Below, one piece after another: positions 25,461 through 37,236 of a stretch of 64,000 bases of DNA. A program made the position numbers and the translations under genes. Within the stretch, counting starts at the first letter, position 1. The number at the start of each line of letters is the position of its first letter. This DNA is from Piromyces finnis finn (Eukaryota > Fungi > Neocallimastigomycota), in assembly GCA_002104945.1 (NCBI GenBank), contig MCFH01000094.1:53836-117835 (forward strand). Reading direction: 5' to 3'. The notes under the pieces were generated by a model. That model was not told where the DNA came from. It saw nothing but the letters and a program-made list of their open reading frames with translations, and did not search any database.

Positions 25461-26519
25461 AAAATAGTTATTAGCATTTTATAATATTATATATAATATT
25501 AAATTTTTATAATAAATTATAAATTATATCACATGAAATATTATATGATATATATTGTGATATATGTTTCTTTTATGTTGTAGTAATTTAATATTAGTTT
25601 ACTTATAATTTATTATATTAGGTGAATATATTTTATTATTATAATTAATTCTTCTTTCTAATAATTTCACTTCTTTAATTAATTATTATATTTTATTATT
25701 AACTATAAAACTTTTCTTCTTATTAATTATTTTACATGTGTACTTCTATATTATAAAATTCCTATAATTAAATATAATTAAATATCAATTATATAAAATA
25801 TAGTGTATTCAAAATATATGAATAATAATTAAATAGGATATAATATAATATATTTTACAATATATTTAAATGAAATATTACTATAAAACTAAAAAGTAAT
25901 GTAATACAAATTAGTATCACAATAAAATGTAACTCTACATTTAATAATGAATATAGGAACGAATAAATATTAATATATAATGTTAATATACAAAAATATA
26001 ACGAAATATATGAATGCATTCTATAATTAATATATAAATAATATATTATAATATATATCAATTATTATATTATTATTATAAAATATTTAATATATATTTT
26101 TAAACATGAAATTGAATAATTTAAATAATAAAAATTATTTTAAATATGGCTAATATGTAACTAGGCATATGAGTTTCATATCAGAAACTTCTCTGCTAGA
26201 ATTGAGCTATCATTATTAATTATTTGATATAACTAAAATAATTATATGCGAAATAATTTAATAAAATTTATATTGAAATATCTTTATATTAATTATTAAT
26301 ATAAAAAGAAATAAAATTTTCTATAAATTTTTTTATATTTAATTTATATATATATATATTTCTATTATCATTGATAATTAATATAATTATTAATTTTTTA
26401 TGTTATACTTAACAATTTTTCTTATTTATTATTATATACCAATGTATAGAGTTAGTATATATATTTTTTCTTAATCATTTATATATTTTATATTTTTATT
26501 TTTTTTTTAATTTATTTTT

Positions 26520-26655
26520 TACTCCTTGAATAGTAATATGCTCTTAAAATTAACATTTCTTTCCAGATATTGTCCTGTAAGTTCATCTTGTAGTTTAGCT
26601 GTATTCCAAGATATTCCTCATATAATAAAAAGTCTGATAAAATAGGGTTCTAATC
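26520..26655 (-). pseudogene. C-terminal integrase relic of the old Gypsy element that hosts L
   Basis: Minus frame SWNTAKLQDELTGQYLERNV; joins 38027 onward across TSD TAATC. Confidence 0.5.
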
Positions 26656-27459
26656 TGTAAAAGTATAAAATTTAAAACAGATTTTATACTTAAAACAAAA
26701 CAATTTTTATTAACACAAAAATAAAAAAATAAAACATTAAATTTTTATTTAAAAAAAAACATTTTTATTTAAACTCTTAAAAATATTATTAACTATATAA
26801 TAGTTAATAATTAAAAAATTGAAAATAACAATTACATCGATTTAACAAATAAAAATTACATGTATTTATATTTTTTCATAATTATATTTTAATATATTAT
26901 TCTATTTAAATAAACATATATTTAATATAAAATAAACAAAACTAATTTAATTAAATAATAAAATAACAGAACTAAACTAAACTAATTCATTATACTTTTA
27001 ATTCAATTTGAGTAAACTCAAAATTGAATAAAGCCCATGTATTTTCTATAAATTAATTTAATATTATCAATACTATTCTTAATATATTTCCTATTGAAAT
27101 ATAAATAAATCTATTTTTAAAACTAAGTTAAAATTATTAAACTATTCTAAATTTAAATAAAAAAGTATAATCTATTCTAAAATTAAATAAAAAGTATTTG
27201 AAAAATATTTTAATTATTTAAAATATTTGAAATATTTAAATTTAATTAAAATTCTTTTATTCCTTAAACTTAAATATTTATCTTAATTTAAATTTAACGG
27301 AATTATTATAAAATAATTTATTATTAAATTATTCCATAAAATTTACTCAAAAATTTTATAATCAGTTTTACTAAATATTAATTTATTATTTAATAATTAA
27401 TAATTAATTATTAAATAATCTAAAGATATATATTATATCTTTACAATCTCGCCCTTTAA

Positions 27460-29590
27460 GTCGAGCTCCTGCGAGATTATTTTCTTGAAGAAATTTAAAT
27501 AACAAATGGTTACTACTTTTTCTAAATCATAACATTGTTAAAAAAATATATAAGTATTTAATTTATTTATACTCTTATTATCATTCTTGTTACTTATACA
27601 TAATTCTAATAATTTATCTAAAACTTAATCATCAAGAATCCATTTGTTTTTATATTCAGATTATGGTTATTTATAAATTGTTTTCTATTAACATTTTTAT
27701 TTAAGTATTCAAAACAAAACATTAACTTAAGTTTCAAATTTTTATTTATTCAATTCTTCTTGATCATCATGACTTTTATAATCTTCTTATGCATGATTAA
27801 AATTCTATTTTACAATTTTAATACTTTTTATTAATACTTATAGTAATCTGTTCAACTTTCTTTGATTTATTAGCTGAAGAAATTTCAATATTAAATTTTA
27901 AATTAAATCCATAGTTTGTATAAAATTGAAATTGATTGATTGATTACAATAAAATATTATAAGTAGATTCCAATATAACAATCAATTCGATTTTATTAAC
28001 CAACGGAGATATTGGAACAATATCTCGTTCACCCTCTCATTTAAATGAAAAGTCTGTGATAAAATTTATATTAAATATATCAAACAGACAATTCTAAAAT
28101 TATAAAGAAAATAGCATTTAAAGAGTATTAAATGTTTTTTATTATTGTACAAGCTTTAAACCAAGTGGAACTTATTTTTTTTTAAAGGTTATTATTAAGC
28201 AAATAAATATAACAAAATTCTTAGTAATAAAATATTTGTAAAAAAATTAACATTCATTAATAATAATGGAAAAACATCATTCAATAATTATATATACCAC
28301 TATTTTTTTTAATCTTATTATTAAATAAACAAAAGTGGTATCAAGTCATCAAGTAAATACTATAATTTAATTAACAAATTTATCATTTTTAGACGTTTTT
28401 AAAATACTTTTAGCATATTTATAATTCTCTTATTTTATAATTTATCAATATATGGTATTATAAAATTATTTCTTTTTTAAAAATTTAACAATGAATTCAT
28501 AAATTTAAATATCATCAATAAAACATCACAGAATTGATATAAACATATACATAATGTTGTACTAAATATTATTAATTATAAAGTAATTAAAATACTTCAT
28601 CAAAAGCATCACTTAAAATATTAAAATAGAGCTGATACATTTTTGAATAAAAGGTATGATAATAAATTAAAAATGCCATATAAAGATTAAAGCAATTTTA
28701 AATTCATCACCTTATTTAATTCTTACTAAGCTATTGATATATTTAAATTTAGTTTAAAAACATATTTTACTCCATTTATCTTATTTATTGATTAAAGGAA
28801 TATATGAATTTCAATAATTATATCATTTAATTTCCTACAATCAATATATAGTAATTATAGTTATCAATCTCATTATACTTCCATTAAAAAGAATTGTATA
28901 AAGATTAAAATCTTTTTTTTTTCCTTTATAAAGTTCGTTTTATTAAGTACATAAAAACTATTCATTTATTAAAAACTCTTATAATTATTATACATATTAC
29001 ATTAATTTATATTTGTTTTATTCATTATATTTATCATATTTATTAACTTATTATATTTATTAATTTATTCTATTTATTACATTTATCATATTTATTAACT
29101 TATTCTATTTATTACTTTATTCTATTTATTACATTTTATTATATTTTTTTTTTCATTTGTTGTATTTATTAATTCTATTTTTTTTTTTAATTATTATTAA
29201 TACTAACTATTATACTATCAAGTTGTTACTATTACTAAAACTATTCCTCATTAATTTCTATTATAGCTATTTCTAATTCTACAATACTAATACATTACAA
29301 TCATATTTATTTTTTAAATTACATTTATTATAATCAAAATTATTTAGATAACATTATTTTCCATAGGACGAATGTACTTAACATTTTGTTATAATCCTCC
29401 ACAATTCAGTAATTCATTAAGTTTCTTTTTAAAATATTGGAATTTTCAAATTTATTATTTCATTACTGAATTGTTCTTCTTTCTTGTTTCTTTTTATTTT
29501 CATTTTATTCTTTATAAAATCCAGATAAATGAAATTAAGAACAGATCCAGAATAGATTAATTTTCTAGCTCTGATTTCACTACCATCATA
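27460..29590 (-). pseudogene. Decayed and deleted chromovirus pol relic inside L
   Basis: Minus-strand fragments: protease-like RARKLIYSGSVLNF (~29521-29580), RT LVRIK*GDE (~28701-28730) and IDDI*IY (~28500-28525), integrase NFITDF and SINQFQFYTNYGF (~27900-28070), chromo-like SEYKNKWILDD (~27630-27670). Confidence 0.75.
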
Positions 29591-30123
29591 TTATTAAGAA
29601 TAAAAAATATTACACTCATTTCTTATTATATATTTATTTAACTTTATAATTATTCAATCAAAACTACTATATTAATTTATTCAAGTTATTTGAATCTTTT
29701 AAATATAAAACTTACTTCTTAATAAAAATATAAACTTATTAACTAGATATACAATAACTTCTTTATAAAAAATTCTTTATTTAATTAATTTATTTTAATT
29801 TATTAAATATAAAAAACATAATTTATTTAACAACTAAATTTGTAAAACCTCCTCATATTGAATTCAAATTATTTTAATTATTTATTCTTAATCATTTGTT
29901 TAATAAATTATTTAATAAACTATTACAATCAAATTATCTTAATTTACTAAATATAAAAATAATTTTTTTTTTTAATAAATGTATAACTTTTTAAATAACT
30001 AAATTTGTATTGACTTTTGTTGATAAATTCAAATCAAATTAAAAATGCTTTAAATTTATATTCTAATTATTAAGAATTTTCTATTTAGTCAAATATTCAG
30101 TTATATATAATACACCTTTATAT

Positions 30124-31475
30124 AAAAGAAGTCGACCTGACTCCATCATATCAACTGGTGTTAGCGAATTCTTTATAAAGTATAAAGTAAGTTATTACAA
30201 TGAAATTAAATTTTTAAGTTCGTTTTCGTATTACTTCAAAATATTTTAATATATTATATAATATATTTCTTAATTGTATTTATCTAATTTAATTAATAAT
30301 ATATTATCCTTGAATATATTATATTTATTTAGTTAGTTAATCGAATTTATATTGTATCTTCATATTAAAGAAGTCGACCTGACTCTATCCTTTAAAGAAA
30401 AGGTGTCATCGAATTATTTATTTAGTATAAAATTAAATTATTTTAAAAGTAATTTTAAATATCAAATCATTTTCTAACTTCATTAAATTAAATTATATAT
30501 TTCAAATTTTCAAGTTAAATTAATTTATAGTATTTTCAATTTAATTTATTATATACTATTTCCCAAAAAGATGTCGATCTGACTCTGTCCTCTAAAAAGG
30601 TGTCATCGAAATCTTATTATAATAAAGAATAATTTATTTATTTAACTAACTTTACACATTTATTACTTTTACTTTTATTGTAAAATTTTAATTCATTTCT
30701 TAATTTTAATTTATTATATACTATATCTAAAAGATGTCGCTCAGACTCTATCCTATCAAAAGGTGTCGAGCGAGGTCTTTTATAGTATATAATAAATTTA
30801 TTTCAATAAGATAACTTATTCCTCAACTACTTTTAATTAATAAATATCAAAATTTTAATTTTCATATTTCTCAATGTATTTTAAATAAATCTAAAATTAT
30901 TATATACTACGTCTAAAAGATGTCGCTCAGACTCTATCCTATCAAAAGGTGTCGAGCGAGGTCTTTTATAATATATAATAAATATATTTCAATAAAATAA
31001 CTTTTTCCAATAAGTGATATTTACATTTTAATTCACTTATTTCTCAATTTCATTTTAATTAATAAATATCAAAATTTTAATTTTCATACAATATATTTTA
31101 AATAATTCTATAATTATTATATACCATGTTTAAAAGATGTCGCTCAGACTCTATCCTATCAAACGGTGTCGAGCGAGGTCTTTTAAGTATATAATAAGTT
31201 CATTTCAAAATAACAATTAATAATTCATTCAAATAAGTGAAATCAACATACTAATTCACTTATTTCTCAATATATTTAAATAATTTTAAAATTTTATTAA
31301 CTTTTTCTTAATTTTCTTTCTTTTTAAATAAGTTTTAATTTTCTTACTTTGCAATTAATTTTTTGATTTAATTTACTCTTTTAATTGTATATATCCAATT
31401 TAATTTATAATATACTATGTATAAAAGATGTCGCTCAGACTCTATCCTATCAAACGGTGTCGAGCGATTTCTTTT
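30124..31475. ncRNA. Array of seven conserved ~50-nt hairpin cores (putative structured RNA, unidentified)
   Basis: GTCG at 30131, 30373, 30573, 30736, 30922, 31139 and 31430; consensus AAAAGA(T/A)GTCG..(T/A)GACTC..TC..loop..GGTGT...CGA..TCTTT; AT-rich spacers are much more diverged. RNA status is inferred. Confidence 0.6.
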
Positions 31476-32366
31476 TATAGTATATTATAATTAAATTTAA
31501 TTTTAAAAGAGTTTCATCAATTTAAAAACAAGAGTATTTCATAAATATATTTCTATTAGTATTACAGATAGATTTTATATATAAAGATTTCATTGTTCCA
31601 TACAGTAGAGTTACACTTATTCCAATTCCAATATAAAAAGGAAAGTTTCACAGAGTAGAAGTTCCACAAGCAAAGTTCCACGAGATTCGTTCAAAAGAAT
31701 TCCACGAAGGAAGGATTTCACAAGGTAGTGTTCCACAAGTAGGTAAAAATTCCACAATTATAGTATCAGGGGTTTGGCGAATAGGTTGAATTATTTTATT
31801 ATTAAATAAGGTTTGATAAAAATTTAGAAAAGACAATAATAGAAATTTATTTAAAAATTTTACACAAGACTCTTTTATTAATAATTTAAGTTTAAAATTA
31901 TATTTGATCTTTTATTAACATTGAAAAGTGGACTTTTTATAAGTCAGAATAATAAAAAGGTTTTTATAGAATTTGAAAATAATTCTCAATTGAAGCTTAA
32001 CTAATTATTTTTTCTTTAACTATTTATACTAAAGCTTCAATTGAGGCTTTACAATTATTTTAATTTTTTATTAATAATAATTACTAATAATTACTAATTA
32101 AATAAAAATAATTAATAATAAAGATTATAAAATTAATATTACTTCGAGAAGGTGTTATAATTCTTTTACTAAACTAAACTATTTATTCTTCTAAATTTTT
32201 CTATTTATTACTAATAACTAATTTATTAATAATTAAGATTCTTCTACAAAAATTATTTTATTATTTAATATTAATTAAAGTTAATTATAACAAAAAAATT
32301 TTCTTAACGTAATGTAACGTATTGATATATTGATAAGGTCCCTTCTCAAAGACGGATTCCAGACGT

Positions 32367-35300
32367 CTAAAGGAATTTTTCAAGTCTTTCTATATGCACA
32401 ACATCTGAGGCCTTGGAATTAGGCGGGAGTTCTAACTTAAATGTAACAGGGGATAATATTTCCAAGATTTTAAAAGGTCCAATTCTTCTGGAGGCAAATT
32501 TTTTCAATTTCTTCAACGATGGAATTTGTTTGACCCAAACGAAATCACCAATTTTAAATAAAGGTCCTTCAGAGCGATGTTTATCAGCGTTTTCTTTATA
32601 TAAAAGTTTACTTGAATTAATATTATTGTAAATAGAATTAAAATGAACTTTCCAGTCAAGGGTTGTGAATTCCGCATGATTTGAAGCACTAGTAAAGCTA
32701 AGATCTGGATCAAAACTAAGATTATATCCATAAACAATTTCAAAAGGAGACTTTTTCGTAGTAGCATTAATAGAATTATTAATAGAAAATTCCACAAGAG
32801 GAAGATAATAGGACCATAATTGAGGTTCGTCATGAGCAAAACATCTAAGTGTTTGGGTTACAATACCGTTTAGTCTTTCTACTTGTCCATTGCTTTGGTG
32901 ATGATGAGCAGTCGAATATTTGCATTCAATCTTGAGTAGGTTGAGAAGCTTTTTCCAAAAATGAGAAGTAAATTGACTTCCACGATCAGAAGTAATAGAA
33001 TGTGGTAAGCCATGAATACGGAAGATATTTTGAAGAAACAAATTGGCAACGTCTTCGGCAGAGGGAGTACCAGTAACGGAAATTAAATGAATCATCTTGC
33101 TAAATTGGTCAACAACATTCATAATGGTAGTATAGCCTGACGATTCTGGTAAGTCTGTAATAAAATCAACGTTGATGAAGGTCCATGGTAAAGAAGGGGT
33201 TTCTGTAAGTTGGTTCAGTCCGTATGGAGAATGTGTTGTTTCTTTTCTAGTGGCGCATATAACACATTTCTTGATAAACAGATCAACATCGTCATGCAAC
33301 TTAGGCCAATAGTAGTATCTGGTAATTAATTCTTCTGTCTTCTTTGTACCAAAATGACCGGCAACTGGCGTAGCATGATATTTTTGAATAGTGGGAATTC
33401 TCATGTTTAAAGGCAAATAAATCCTATTATTATAATAAAGAATATCGTTAATAATTTCATAATTTTTATTAAACTCACCCTTTACTTTAATTGAATTTAT
33501 AATATTTTGAATTTCAAGATCAAATTGATATTGTTTTTTGATTTCATCAAAGAATAGTTCATTATCGTTAAAAGAAGTAATAAGTCCAATAAATAAATCA
33601 GGTCGTCTTGATAGTATATCGGCTTTCTTGTTTGAGGCTCCACTGCAGTAGACAATTTCATAATTAAACTTTGAAAGAAATTCAAACCAACGAATTTGTC
33701 TGTCGGAGAGTACTTCAGGTTTCTTTGGAAATTTAAGGTTCTTATGGTCACAAAATATTTTGAATGGTTCCTTAGATCCTTGTAAATAATTACGCCATTC
33801 TTTAAGGGCCGATATTATGGCTAGTAGTTCTTTGTCATAAATGTCGTATCGTACTTCCGCATTTTTTAGTCCTTTTGACATGAAAGCACAAGGGTGTAAT
33901 TTATTATTCTTATCGTATTGAGATAAAACAGCTCCCACAGCGTAATTGCTAGCATCGGTTTCTACTATAAAAGGTTGAATAGGGTCTGGTATCATTAATA
34001 TAGGGTCGGTGGTAAAGGCACCCTTGAGCATAGTAAAGGCTGCTTCTTGTTCTTTATTCCAGTGAAATTCCTGACCTTTTCTTGTTAATTTTGTCAAAGG
34101 TTGAACAATTTTTGAAAAATTGCAAATGAATCGGCGGTAGAAATTTGCTAAACCTAGAAACTGCTGAACTTCTTTCACGGTTTTTGGACGAGGCCAATCC
34201 CGAATGGCGGCTACTTTGTCTTGACACATTGATATACCTTTATCAGAAATTTGATATCCAAGAAATTCTACAGAGGATTTAAAAAATTCACATTTTTTTA
34301 ATTTACGATAAAGTCCATTATCAAGTAATATTCTCAAGACTTTCTTGACATGACTAATGTGTTCTTCACGTGTTTTTGAGAAAATTAGTATATCATCTAT
34401 ATAGGAGAAGGCGAATTTATCCAATACAGGAGTTAAAATATCGTTAAGGAAATATTGAAATGTGGCTGGAGCATTGGTAAGACCAAAGGGCATTACTTCA
34501 TATTCAAAGTGGCCGAATCTAGTACGAAAAGCAGTTTTTGCTTGATCACCATCCTTGATACGTACTAAATTATAAGCACCTGGTAGATCTAGCTTAGTAA
34601 AGTAGGAGCATCCTTGAACATGGTCGAGTAAGTCCTTGATTAATGGCAACGGATATGAATTTCTAATTGTGGCTTGATTAAGTTTTCTATAGTCAATACA
34701 AAGGCGAAGCGTACCATCTTTCTTTGGTACAAATAATACTGGAGCACCATAAGGAGATTTAGAAGGCTTAATAAATCCTTTTCTCAAGTTCTCTTCGATA
34801 TATTCCTTTAAAGTTTCTTGTTCCTGAAGGGTTAACGAATATAAGGGTCCATAGAATGGCACTGAATTTGGTTTTAAATCAATGGCGCAGTCATACACTC
34901 TGTGTGGTGGTAATTCTTCTGGTAGCTTTTCATCAAAAATCTCTTTAATTTCCATTAATTCATTTGGGATTCTGGGTTCCTTTTGATTATTATCTTCTTC
35001 ACTAAAAAGTAAATCTTGTTCTGTGAAGTCCCTAATTACATTGACTTCAATACATTGTTCTTCATCTAAATTAGGAGTTAATGTCGGAAATTCTAAGATA
35101 ATTTCCTTATTAAAGTTAAAGGTGGCTTTATTACCCTTAAGCCAATTGTACCCAATGATGCCTGAATAGTTATTTAAGTTAATAACAAGGAATGTGATAG
35201 AACTATAGTAGTTTTGATAATGGATAGGTATCTCTGAAGTCTTTCCAAACACGGTAGATTTTCCATTAATGCCATGGACAAATTTAATCTCAGGATCTAG

Positions 35301-36308
35301 GGTGTATTGGATTCCATGTCGCTCAGCATAGTTCTTATCAAGGAAACAGGCAAAAGCACCAGTGTCGATTAAAAATGGGGTAGGTATAGTTTTACTATTA
35401 TTGATTAATTCAAAAGTAACTACAGGACATGTCTTTTCTTCTTGGGCTTCAGCACTAATAGTAGAAATATTGGTAGGATGGTCTTGTTGGTGTCTAATGT
35501 CGTTTTGACGTTTAAAACAATTATCTTCATTATGACCAATTCTTTTACAATAACCACAGCGTTCAAAGTTAGAGTTTCGGTTACGGATAACAACTGGAGT
35601 TTCACGAGAATGATTTGGAATAGGCCTAGATGGAGGGGTTTTGTAATTTCTCTGGTTATTTTTTCTTTGTCGGTGATTCATTTGTTGGAGTAAATGACGA
35701 TCAAGTCGGACTGCAAGTTGAGCAAGATCATCTAGGGTTTCTGGAGGAGGGAAAATATTGTCGATTCTTTCTTGTAAACGACTATCTAAGCTTTGGTAAA
35801 AGTTGTCAGTTAAAAGGGTTTCGTCAGTATCTATAAATACAGCGAGACGACGGAATTCGTTAACGTAATCTAACACATTACCAATTCCATGTTGGCGTAA
35901 ACGTCTGAACTGACGTTGGTAGTGATATTCTAAATCGGGGTCACCAAAGGTGTTACGGATTCTCTTGATGAATCCTTCAGTATCTTGCTTAAGTAACGGA
36001 TATCTTTCCAAAAGTTTACTAGCCCATTGATAGGCTTGTCCTCCCATATTGTTTAAAAGGTAGCTTACTTGCCTATCCGGGGTAGAGAAGCGATGAGAAT
36101 AATTTGCGAAGTTTGTTTTACAATGAGCAATGTAAGATTCCACCATAACTCTATCTCCAAAAAATCTTGGTGGACGTCTCATATTATCATCAACATCCAT
36201 TGGCTCAGCTTCTTCTCTAACGGATCCTGAATCATCAAGTAGAGGTTCTTGTTCTTCCATATCGGCAGCAGCATAGGCTACATAGATGTCATTATTATTG
36301 CGACTCAT
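32367..36308 (-). CDS. gag-pol: Gag-Pol polyprotein without chromodomain (first ATG after the PBS)
   Basis: CCHC CGYCKRIGHNEDNC, protease LIDTGA, RT YIDD, RNase H ETDAS, integrase HHCC/DDE, GPF motif; ends VVHIERLEKFL. Confidence 0.95.
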   Translation of the reverse strand: MSRNNNDIYVAYAAADMEEQEPLLDDSGSVREEAEPMDVDDNMRRPPRFFGDRVMVESYIAHCKTNFANYSHRFSTPDRQVSYLLNNMGGQAYQWASKLLERYPLLKQDTEGFIKRIRNTFGDPDLEYHYQRQFRRLRQHGIGNVLDYVNEFRRLAVFIDTDETLLTDNFYQSLDSRLQERIDNIFPPPETLDDLAQLAVRLDRHLLQQMNHRQRKNNQRNYKTPPSRPIPNHSRETPVVIRNRNSNFERCGYCKRIGHNEDNCFKRQNDIRHQQDHPTNISTISAEAQEEKTCPVVTFELINNSKTIPTPFLIDTGAFACFLDKNYAERHGIQYTLDPEIKFVHGINGKSTVFGKTSEIPIHYQNYYSSITFLVINLNNYSGIIGYNWLKGNKATFNFNKEIILEFPTLTPNLDEEQCIEVNVIRDFTEQDLLFSEEDNNQKEPRIPNELMEIKEIFDEKLPEELPPHRVYDCAIDLKPNSVPFYGPLYSLTLQEQETLKEYIEENLRKGFIKPSKSPYGAPVLFVPKKDGTLRLCIDYRKLNQATIRNSYPLPLIKDLLDHVQGCSYFTKLDLPGAYNLVRIKDGDQAKTAFRTRFGHFEYEVMPFGLTNAPATFQYFLNDILTPVLDKFAFSYIDDILIFSKTREEHISHVKKVLRILLDNGLYRKLKKCEFFKSSVEFLGYQISDKGISMCQDKVAAIRDWPRPKTVKEVQQFLGLANFYRRFICNFSKIVQPLTKLTRKGQEFHWNKEQEAAFTMLKGAFTTDPILMIPDPIQPFIVETDASNYAVGAVLSQYDKNNKLHPCAFMSKGLKNAEVRYDIYDKELLAIISALKEWRNYLQGSKEPFKIFCDHKNLKFPKKPEVLSDRQIRWFEFLSKFNYEIVYCSGASNKKADILSRRPDLFIGLITSFNDNELFFDEIKKQYQFDLEIQNIINSIKVKGEFNKNYEIINDILYYNNRIYLPLNMRIPTIQKYHATPVAGHFGTKKTEELITRYYYWPKLHDDVDLFIKKCVICATRKETTHSPYGLNQLTETPSLPWTFINVDFITDLPESSGYTTIMNVVDQFSKMIHLISVTGTPSAEDVANLFLQNIFRIHGLPHSITSDRGSQFTSHFWKKLLNLLKIECKYSTAHHHQSNGQVERLNGIVTQTLRCFAHDEPQLWSYYLPLVEFSINNSINATTKKSPFEIVYGYNLSFDPDLSFTSASNHAEFTTLDWKVHFNSIYNNINSSKLLYKENADKHRSEGPLFKIGDFVWVKQIPSLKKLKKFASRRIGPFKILEILSPVTFKLELPPNSKASDVVHIERLEKFL

Positions 36309-36375
36309 TTTGATCTTACTAAGAATAGTTAAATGTACAGTAGTTATAATAATCCAAGGTATTCTGTTAAAATAG

Positions 36376-36388
36376 AATTGAGAATTAT
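36376..36388 (-). promoter_or_regulatory. Self-priming PBS of K
   Basis: ATAATTCTCAATT directly follows the 5' LTR; complementary to the LTR segment 36604-36616; TATAAA at 36648-36653. Confidence 0.85.
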
Positions 36389-37225
36389 TATCAGGGGTTT
36401 GGGGAATAGGTTGAATTATTTTATTATTAAATAAGGTTTGATAAAAATTTAGAAAAGACAATAATAGAAATTTATTTAAAAATTTTACACAAGACTCTTT
36501 TATTAATAATTTAAGTTTAAAATTATATTTGATCTTTTATTAACATTGAAAAGTGGACTTTTTATAAGTCAGAATAATAAAAAGGTTTTTATAGAATTTG
36601 AAAATAATTCTCAATTGAAGCTTAACTAATTATTTTTTCTTTAACTATTTATACTAAAGCTTCAATTGAGGCTTTACAATTATTTTAATTTTTTATTAAT
36701 AATAATTACTAATAATTACTAATTAAATAAAAATAATTAATAATAAAGATTATAAAATTAATATTACTTCGAGAAGGTGTTATAATTCTTTTACTAAACT
36801 AAACTATTTATTCTTCTAAATTTTTCTATTTATTACTAATAACTAATTTATTAATAATTAAGATTTTTCTACAAAAATTATTTTATTATTTAATATTAAT
36901 TAAAGTTAATTATAACAAAAAAATTTTCTTAACGTAATGTAACGTATTGATATATTGATATATAGTTCCACAAAGTAGTGTTTCACAAAATTTATTTAGA
37001 ATTTCACAAAGTAGGGTAACACAAAATTAATGTTACACTGACAGAAGTTACACCATAAATAGTTCCACAAGGTAGGCTTCTCAAGTAGACAAAAAAAAAT
37101 TTCCGAAGAGAAAAAATTTCCGAAAAGTTCCAAATTTTCTACGGTAGCAATTCCCAATGTTGTAACTTCAGAAAATAAAAATTGTTTTATTATTAAATAT
37201 AAAACGTGTTTTTTAATAAGAAAAG

Positions 37226-37236
37226 GTAATTGTTAT
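37226..37236 (-). promoter_or_regulatory. Self-priming PBS of L
   Basis: ATAACAATTAC directly follows the 5' LTR; complementary to the LTR segment 37406-37416; TATAAA at 37446-37451. Confidence 0.82.

Larger units (their letters stand above)
31764..36960 (-). mobile_element. Full-length Ty3/Gypsy element, family K, nested in L
   Basis: 572-bp LTRs (31764-32335 and 36389-36960) with 2 differences seen; termini TATCA...TGATA; TSD TATAG; PPT GAGAAGGGA at 32339-32347. Confidence 0.96.
31628..37130. repeat. Degenerate TT(C/T)CAC(A/G)A repeats in the L leader (31628-31758 and 36966-37130), split by K
   Basis: About 14 imperfect units spaced roughly 14-25 bp apart. Confidence 0.75.

Noticed and set aside
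26160-26215. A-box-like GATAGCTCAATT on the minus strand (and B-box-like AAGTTCAAATC near 62645)
   Set aside because: No partner box or cloverleaf.
30124-31475. CRISPR array or integron attC interpretation of the hairpin array
   Set aside because: Eukaryotic context, spacers 110-240 bp and mutually homologous, no cas or integrase gene, no attC core sites.
31648-31836. 62-aa ORF with CGT repeats; also the first 51 codons of the K ORF
   Set aside because: Starts at a TTG within the K LTR and runs into leader repeats; artefact of LTR duplication.
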